DNA of 32,000 bases from Candidatus Hadarchaeales archaeon. GTDB taxonomy: Archaea; Hadarchaeota; Hadarchaeia; Hadarchaeales; Hadarchaeaceae. Below are positions 25,420-32,000 of the stretch, in pieces; position 1 is the stretch's first letter, and each line of letters begins with the position of its first letter. Location of the stretch: the NCBI GenBank assembly GCA_038823825.1, contig JAWBCC010000001.1, forward strand, positions 240,001-272,000. The letters are read 5' to 3'. A model generated the notes under the pieces. It saw nothing but the letters and a program-made list of their open reading frames with translations. It was not told the DNA's origin and searched no databases. The translations under genes were made by a program, and so were the position numbers.

Positions 25420-25709
25420 TCTTCCACCTTCTCTTTTGTAAATCCGAGTCCGATTGCCTCCTCTGCAGCTTGGAGACAAGAAAGGAGGTCATCGATCGTG
25501 GCAATCAATGTTCTAATCCTTCCACCGAAATTTATCTCCGTAAAGATAACACACCCTTCGCTTTTAGTGATTATTTTCATCTCATTTGGAGCTTCTAAGT
25601 TATCAGGTGTTAAGGCTTCCGCCAACGCTCTGGCAGTTTTTTCGTCCTCATATTCGATTTCTAGTTCCGCTTTCATTTTCATAGCGTTCCCCAGATATTT
25701 CTTCTCCAT
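25416..25709 (-). CDS. pcc1: KEOPS subunit Pcc1
   Basis: KAELEIEYEDEKTARALAEALTPDN ... TLIATIDDLLSCLQAAEEAI matches the Pcc1 beta-alpha pattern. The true start may be the ATG at 25682 or 25676. All three candidates overlap the Clp1 3' end. Confidence 0.7.
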   Translation of the reverse strand: MEKKYLGNAMKMKAELEIEYEDEKTARALAEALTPDNLEAPNEMKIITKSEGCVIFTEINFGGRIRTLIATIDDLLSCLQAAEEAIGLGFTKEKVEE

Positions 25710-26802
25710 TAGGTTTTATTCTGATGCTTCCCAGCCTAATTTCGGTAATTTTCTCTGGATTTTCAACCGCTGTAATGATTTCGATATATTTTTCCCGCAT
25801 GTTAAATCCGTCTACTATCCCCAAACCAAGTAATTTCCTTTCCTCGTCGACCAATCCAACTAGAAGTCCTTTCATAATTTGGAGATTTTCTAAGAAATGA
25901 ACTTTTTCTCCCAGTTGCCAGAATTCGTAATCCTCATGCTTTCCAAGGATTCGACACTTGTTGGTGTCAATTCTCACTTTTCTCGCATTTTCAAAGTATT
26001 TCGCGAAGTTTAGCCTTCTTATCTCAGCTCTTTCTCCTCTGCTTCTTCTTCTAACGTGAGGCGAAACGGGTATTCGCTGAACTTTCCAGTTCGGGAAAAA
26101 TCTCAGAATTCGTTCGAGTTCACAAGTTCGTTGCAGTCCAACAACTATGTCTGGCTCAAGTAATTCTTCGGTCAAAATTTGTAGAAAAGCCCCCAGCCCG
26201 GTTATCCAGCCAGGCGTGTTAATCAGTAGAACGTCGGCCAAAGTGGAGCCCTTTTTCGTCAATTTAGCCATACCGGCCAAGAATTCTGGTATATGATTCG
26301 CGAGTGAGACATTGCCCACGAAATAAGACGCCACCATTGGCACCTCCGAAAGAAGGCATACAGGTTTTTCGAAAATACCCAAAGCTACAGTGGTAGGCGG
26401 TCCGATATCGCTTTGTCCGACGTCTCCATCAACAACAGCAACTTTAAGCCCATTTTGAAAAAGGACATTTCCAACATACGTCGCAAAGAAGGTTTTTCCC
26501 ACATCCACCTCTCCTATTATGAGAACCTTGCCCCTAGATTTTTGGATTTTCTCAATGACTTTTGTCCAATCTTCCGGAATCGCAACCCCCGTTAACTCTT
26601 CCAACCTTCCCTCCTCCCCCAACTGATATTCGACAAGCGAACGTGTCAGAACCTCAATCGGAACGGATCTCAATCTTGGAACAACAATTTGGTCTCCCTC
26701 AGTTCGTAATCCGCCCGACACGCGCAGACTGCCGCTTATTATTCGAAGATTTGCCGGTCCCTCGAGTCTGTACAATTTCCCCGGAGGAAGTTCAATTTTC
26801 AT
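25648..26802 (-). CDS. Clp1/Grc3-family polynucleotide 5'-hydroxyl kinase
   Basis: 384 aa. An N-terminal beta domain is followed by the P-loop IIGEVDVGKT and VVDGDVGQSDIGPP. Confidence 0.8.
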   Translation of the reverse strand: MKIELPPGKLYRLEGPANLRIISGSLRVSGGLRTEGDQIVVPRLRSVPIEVLTRSLVEYQLGEEGRLEELTGVAIPEDWTKVIEKIQKSRGKVLIIGEVDVGKTFFATYVGNVLFQNGLKVAVVDGDVGQSDIGPPTTVALGIFEKPVCLLSEVPMVASYFVGNVSLANHIPEFLAGMAKLTKKGSTLADVLLINTPGWITGLGAFLQILTEELLEPDIVVGLQRTCELERILRFFPNWKVQRIPVSPHVRRRSRGERAEIRRLNFAKYFENARKVRIDTNKCRILGKHEDYEFWQLGEKVHFLENLQIMKGLLVGLVDEERKLLGLGIVDGFNMREKYIEIITAVENPEKITEIRLGSIRIKPNGEEISGERYENESGTRNRI

Positions 26803-26829
26803 AATTCATCAGAAAATTGTCAGTTAATT

Positions 26830-28134
26830 TCAAATATTTATCTCCGTGAGTATCTCCTCTGTTAAAGAGACCAACTCCTGTAAAACTTTGTACATTGATA
26901 CTCCGGACGACGCGAAGAATCCGGCGGCATTAGCATGACCACCTCCACTGATTTTCTCATTGGGGTATCTTTTCCTAAGTTTTTCAGCAAGCCTCGCCAG
27001 AAACTCGCCGCAGTTGATGATTTTTCCATCTGTCCGCATAGAAATATGTGTTCCTATTTTCTTTGGACAAAATACGATGATTACTGTTTCCTCTCCTTCC
27101 TTTTTAAATTCATTCATGTGTGCAAAGGCAACAAATGGTAGAATCGCAGAGAAAGCTGTTTGTTCTGCTCTGCGAATCTCTCTAGCGAAAATTAGATAAA
27201 TGGATGCATTGCCGACCTTTCCAAGATGTATAGGATTTTTGACACGTTTCTCTAAAATTTTCCAGTCGTTTTGAAATTTTTCGTAAACTTCTCCGATAAG
27301 TTTACCACTTTTGGTGGAGAGAAATTCCTCCACGTTTTTTGGATATTTTCCAGTTTCGGAGAGTTCAATGAAGAAGTTTAGAACAAGATCGGGGCCATAG
27401 GGTATATCTAGGACAAAATCTTCAGAATAGAGATGCGCAAGTGTTCCAGCATGAACAATTTCTGTAATTTTATGTAAAATGGCAGTTTTTGTTCGGTCTT
27501 CTGTGTCAAACATCGTTGGTTTCTCCTTCACTATCTCGAAAATTTCTGGAATTTTTGGTCGGACATATTCTAAGAAAGGTCTTGCGAACGGCTGACATTT
27601 ACCGCTGACGACATCAAACGCGAAATCTCCTCTACAGCCCATCGCGCAAATGAAATCTTCGATTTCTCCAGATATACCAAGCTTCGTCATAATCATATGG
27701 CAAAGAAGTGTGGTCGCAGCAGCATATTCTTTATTATCAGATCTTGGATTGAACACTTTGCAGATTTTAGGCATGCCCTGGGGCTGGTGGTGATCTATAA
27801 TCAACACATCGCTCGCAATTTCGCAAATTTCATCGTAGTCTTCAAAAGTCCCCTTGTCAGAAACTATCAGCAGGTCGAATCTCCCCTCTTTTCCGAAACT
27901 TTCCACATCCTTCTTGGTTAGTTTGAAATCTGGAGGCATAACCGAGATTGTTTCAATTCCTCCGTATTTTTTTAGCATTCTTTTTAACAGAAAAGCACTG
28001 CAGACTCCATCTACATCGTTATGAGAAAAGTTTAAAACTTTAGATTTTTTTCCAAGACCTTTGATTGTTTCGATAGCGTGTTTAAAGTCAGAATTCTCTC
28101 TGTATAGTCTCTCAACCTGTTCAAAGTAGTTCAT
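26830..28134 (-). CDS. DHH/DHHA1 phosphoesterase, archaeal RecJ-like paralog B
   Basis: 434 aa. Motifs SHNDVDG, VSDKG, IIDHHQP and GGGHANAAG are all intact. Confidence 0.8.
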   Translation of the reverse strand: MNYFEQVERLYRENSDFKHAIETIKGLGKKSKVLNFSHNDVDGVCSAFLLKRMLKKYGGIETISVMPPDFKLTKKDVESFGKEGRFDLLIVSDKGTFEDYDEICEIASDVLIIDHHQPQGMPKICKVFNPRSDNKEYAAATTLLCHMIMTKLGISGEIEDFICAMGCRGDFAFDVVSGKCQPFARPFLEYVRPKIPEIFEIVKEKPTMFDTEDRTKTAILHKITEIVHAGTLAHLYSEDFVLDIPYGPDLVLNFFIELSETGKYPKNVEEFLSTKSGKLIGEVYEKFQNDWKILEKRVKNPIHLGKVGNASIYLIFAREIRRAEQTAFSAILPFVAFAHMNEFKKEGEETVIIVFCPKKIGTHISMRTDGKIINCGEFLARLAEKLRKRYPNEKISGGGHANAAGFFASSGVSMYKVLQELVSLTEEILTEINI

Positions 28135-29522
28135 GCACCTCCTCCCAAATATCTATCCAGCGCCCTCAGAAAATCATCAAGCTTTTCTTTTCTCACTCTT
28201 GCAGAAGCTGCCACATCGTGTCCACCTCCGTTTTCTCCAACTTCGCTCGCCGCTTTCCTCACAGCCTCTCCAACATTGTAGCCCGCATCAGCAAGACCAA
28301 GAGTCGCTCGCACGGAAATTTTTAGTTCATTTTCATTTATCACGCTTATTCCCGCGGCGGGCTTGTCTTCTCTAAGGATCGCAGACTCGAGTAAAAGAGA
28401 AATAGCCTCACCTATCATGAGAGGTCCAATTTCAGGACAGAAAATGTAACGGAAGTTTTTCATTTCTTTAAAGCTTTCCATCTTTTTCATTATCTGTTGT
28501 AAAATTTTCAGCATCTCTTTTTGTCTGGTTTCAAATCTATCCAGAGCGGTATTCAACATCCCCTTATCTCCGATTGCAACCGCAAATCCAACATCGGCCG
28601 AATTCATATCAGCACAGCTATCAAGCAAATACGCGAAATCTCTTAAGTCATTAGTTCCTACAAGTTCTTTTTGTTTATCAATGTAAATTTTTCCCCATAT
28701 CAGATGTCCAAGATCTTCGCCAATGTTGGTTTTCGCAATGATAGCGTCCCGCAAAGTTTTCTCGCTTTCTTCATCAAGCTCACAAATGGACACTGACGGA
28801 TCGATGTCTAAATTTTCTAAAAGTTTTCTACTTTCATCGATGTCTCCAGAAAGTCCTGGCAGATAAGGTCTGGTGGAGAGCCAAAGAGAAAAAAGAACTG
28901 ATCGCAGACTTCTCCCTGCAAGTTTTAATCCTTCCTTTATTTCCACCATGCCGAAATCTACCGCTTGTTTTAGAAATATCGCGTTTGCTCCTTGGAATCC
29001 ATCTACAAACTCTTGCCTATCTCCAATTGCCCCTACTAGAGCAAGTCTGATGAGTGACTTGAACTTTGCTCCCATATTTTCGGCCACGAGATACGCCACA
29101 CCACTAGCACTTATGTCCCGTCCGCCATTTATTCCAACCGTATGCGAGTGAACGCATCTCAAATTAGAATGAGTCTTGAGCTCACCAGCATGATGATCGA
29201 TCAAAAGAACGGTTTTTCCCTTAGCCAGCAGATGTTTATGGATGTCTTCAAGCTGAGTGGTGCCTTGGTCTACAAAAATGAATACCCCGCAACTTTCTCT
29301 GCTTAGTTTTTCTATTTCATCACTTCTCATGGGTTTACAAAATTTCACAACGTATGGAACGTTATAATAATGAAGACATCTGGCCAAGATGGCAGCTGCA
29401 GAAATCCCATCCGCATCGACGTGGGAAATGATTTTGACGCTTTCGCCCTCTTCTAACTTTTCTCTCAAAAATTCAGCTGCTTCCTGTGCATCTCGCTGGA
29501 GTGACTTTAACTTTTCTCTCAT
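28131..29522 (-). CDS. DHH/DHHA1 phosphoesterase, archaeal RecJ/Cdc45(GAN)-like paralog A
   Basis: 463 aa. Motifs SHVDADG, FVDQG, LIDHHAG, GAIGDRQ and GGGHDVAASA. It is adjacent to rps15, as is common for archaeal RecJ homologs. Confidence 0.8.
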   Translation of the reverse strand: MREKLKSLQRDAQEAAEFLREKLEEGESVKIISHVDADGISAAAILARCLHYYNVPYVVKFCKPMRSDEIEKLSRESCGVFIFVDQGTTQLEDIHKHLLAKGKTVLLIDHHAGELKTHSNLRCVHSHTVGINGGRDISASGVAYLVAENMGAKFKSLIRLALVGAIGDRQEFVDGFQGANAIFLKQAVDFGMVEIKEGLKLAGRSLRSVLFSLWLSTRPYLPGLSGDIDESRKLLENLDIDPSVSICELDEESEKTLRDAIIAKTNIGEDLGHLIWGKIYIDKQKELVGTNDLRDFAYLLDSCADMNSADVGFAVAIGDKGMLNTALDRFETRQKEMLKILQQIMKKMESFKEMKNFRYIFCPEIGPLMIGEAISLLLESAILREDKPAAGISVINENELKISVRATLGLADAGYNVGEAVRKAASEVGENGGGHDVAASARVRKEKLDDFLRALDRYLGGGA

Positions 29523-29539
29523 TCAATCCCCAAAGGGGT

Positions 29540-29926
29540 TCATACGAGCAAGCTGGCCTTTTCTCTGTCATATCTCCAGTCTGGAGGCAATTCGCCCTTT
29601 CTCTTGTAGTATCGTACAAGTCTGTTTATTCTTGATTCTACGATTTCCAGAGCTCTTTTTGTTTTATAATCTTTCTTGTGTTTAGAAAGGTGATCATAAA
29701 GTTTTACAGCCTTTCTTATGACATTCGCCAAATCTTCTGGGAGCTTTGGCATGAGTCCGTGTTCCTTGAGAATTTGTTTTACAGTCTTTCCCGTGATTTC
29801 CCGGACGCTAGGTACCGCATACTGATCTCTGAGTATCAACCCTATCTTACTTGGTGGATTTCCTTCTTTGGCAAGCTTTACCACGAGTTTCTCAACTTCT
29901 TCAGAGTTTGGTATCTCGAGTCTCAT
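29540..29926 (-). CDS. rps15: 30S ribosomal protein S15 (uS15/S13e type), N-terminally short
   Basis: VVKLAKEGNPPSKIGLILRDQY.VP, LPEDL and RINRLVRYYKRKG.LP..WRY motifs. An in-frame TAG lies 3 codons upstream of the ATG. Confidence 0.88.
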   Translation of the reverse strand: MRLEIPNSEEVEKLVVKLAKEGNPPSKIGLILRDQYAVPSVREITGKTVKQILKEHGLMPKLPEDLANVIRKAVKLYDHLSKHKKDYKTKRALEIVESRINRLVRYYKRKGELPPDWRYDREKASLLV

Positions 29927-30487
29927 CTTCTTCCCCTATACCTTCTCCATATTTCCCTTTAAACCAAGTTAAAAACTTTCTGACTGCTATCCCACGATGA
30001 GAAAGAGCATTCTTCTCCTCAGTAGTCATCTCTGCATAAGTTTTGCCATTTATTTCGAAAATTGGATCAAATCCAAATCCGTGTGTTCCTCTCTCTTCAA
30101 AGGCTATTTTACCTCTGACAGAAGCCTCAAAAGCAATAGGCTCCAGCCCAGGTGTGCAGAAACCCACTGCTGATCGAAACTCAGAAGTTCTATCTTCAAC
30201 ACCGTTCATCAGCTTCAATATACCTTTGTTACCTATTGTGAGGAAAACGAATTTGGAATATGGGCCCGGAAAACCTTTTAGCGCATGTATGAACATTCCT
30301 GCATCTTCTACGAAGCATGGTTCCTTGATTTTTTCGCAGGCCTCTTTAGCCCCGATTTTCACTATTTCGCTTAAATCATCGGATTGAATCTCGGTATAAG
30401 ACATCCTCTTCCAATTTATTTTAACTCCGACCTCCTTCGCTATTATGTAAACTTCTTTGAACTTATGCTCATTTGTTGTGACAAAGT

Positions 30488-30497
<10 letters not shown>
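29901..30497 (-). CDS. Non-canonical purine NTP pyrophosphatase (HAM1/RdgB, dITP/XTPase)
   Basis: FVTTNEHKFKE, FVEDAG, PGPYS, FGFDPIF and SHR motifs. The TTG start at 30497 is forced and is preceded by AGAGGAGAG. Confidence 0.88.

Positions 30498-32000
<1,503 letters not shown>

Noticed and set aside
4154-25479. N-terminal extensions in the track (starts at 4154, 14232, 15678, 20824, 25479)
   Set aside because: The extra residues are not homologous to the families, overlap upstream genes or promoters, and internal ATGs with SD-like motifs match family N-termini. The shorter models are used instead.

Overview
This is a densely packed archaeal chromosome segment. The evidence is archaeal r-proteins L15e, S3Ae and S15, KEOPS genes Kae1/Bud32/Pcc1, RNase P Pop5, a BHB-type tRNA intron and TATA-box promoters. 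The charged, I/V/E/K-rich proteins suggest a thermophile. An F420-dependent NADP reductase and a methanogen-type seryl-tRNA synthetase point to the methanogen-related Euryarchaeota. I support 38 protein genes and 2 tRNAs. One gene is absent from the ORF track: a 687-codon surface-protein gene on the minus strand that runs off the left edge. Positions 16517-32000 hold 19 co-directional minus-strand genes with no gap above 44 nt. Housekeeping content covers PRPP synthase, a tRNA m2G methyltransferase, RNase Z, RpiA, PdxT, GlmM/GlmU, a short SerA, a Ygr210-like GTPase, tandem RecJ-like DHH proteins, Clp1 and HAM1, plus four tandem CBS-domain genes. The only loosely coded, visibly AT-richer stretch is about 10.07-12.45 kb, just downstream of tRNA-Gly. 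It contains a displaced copy of the tRNA 3' end, a lone class II amidotransferase, a frameshifted gene and a tiny basic/acidic ORF, and looks like a decayed integrated element. The most interesting RNA-level signal is a 50-nt tRNA-Met intron with a C/D-like guide aimed at wobble C34. I saw no CRISPR array, rRNA, transposase or recognisable defence system.
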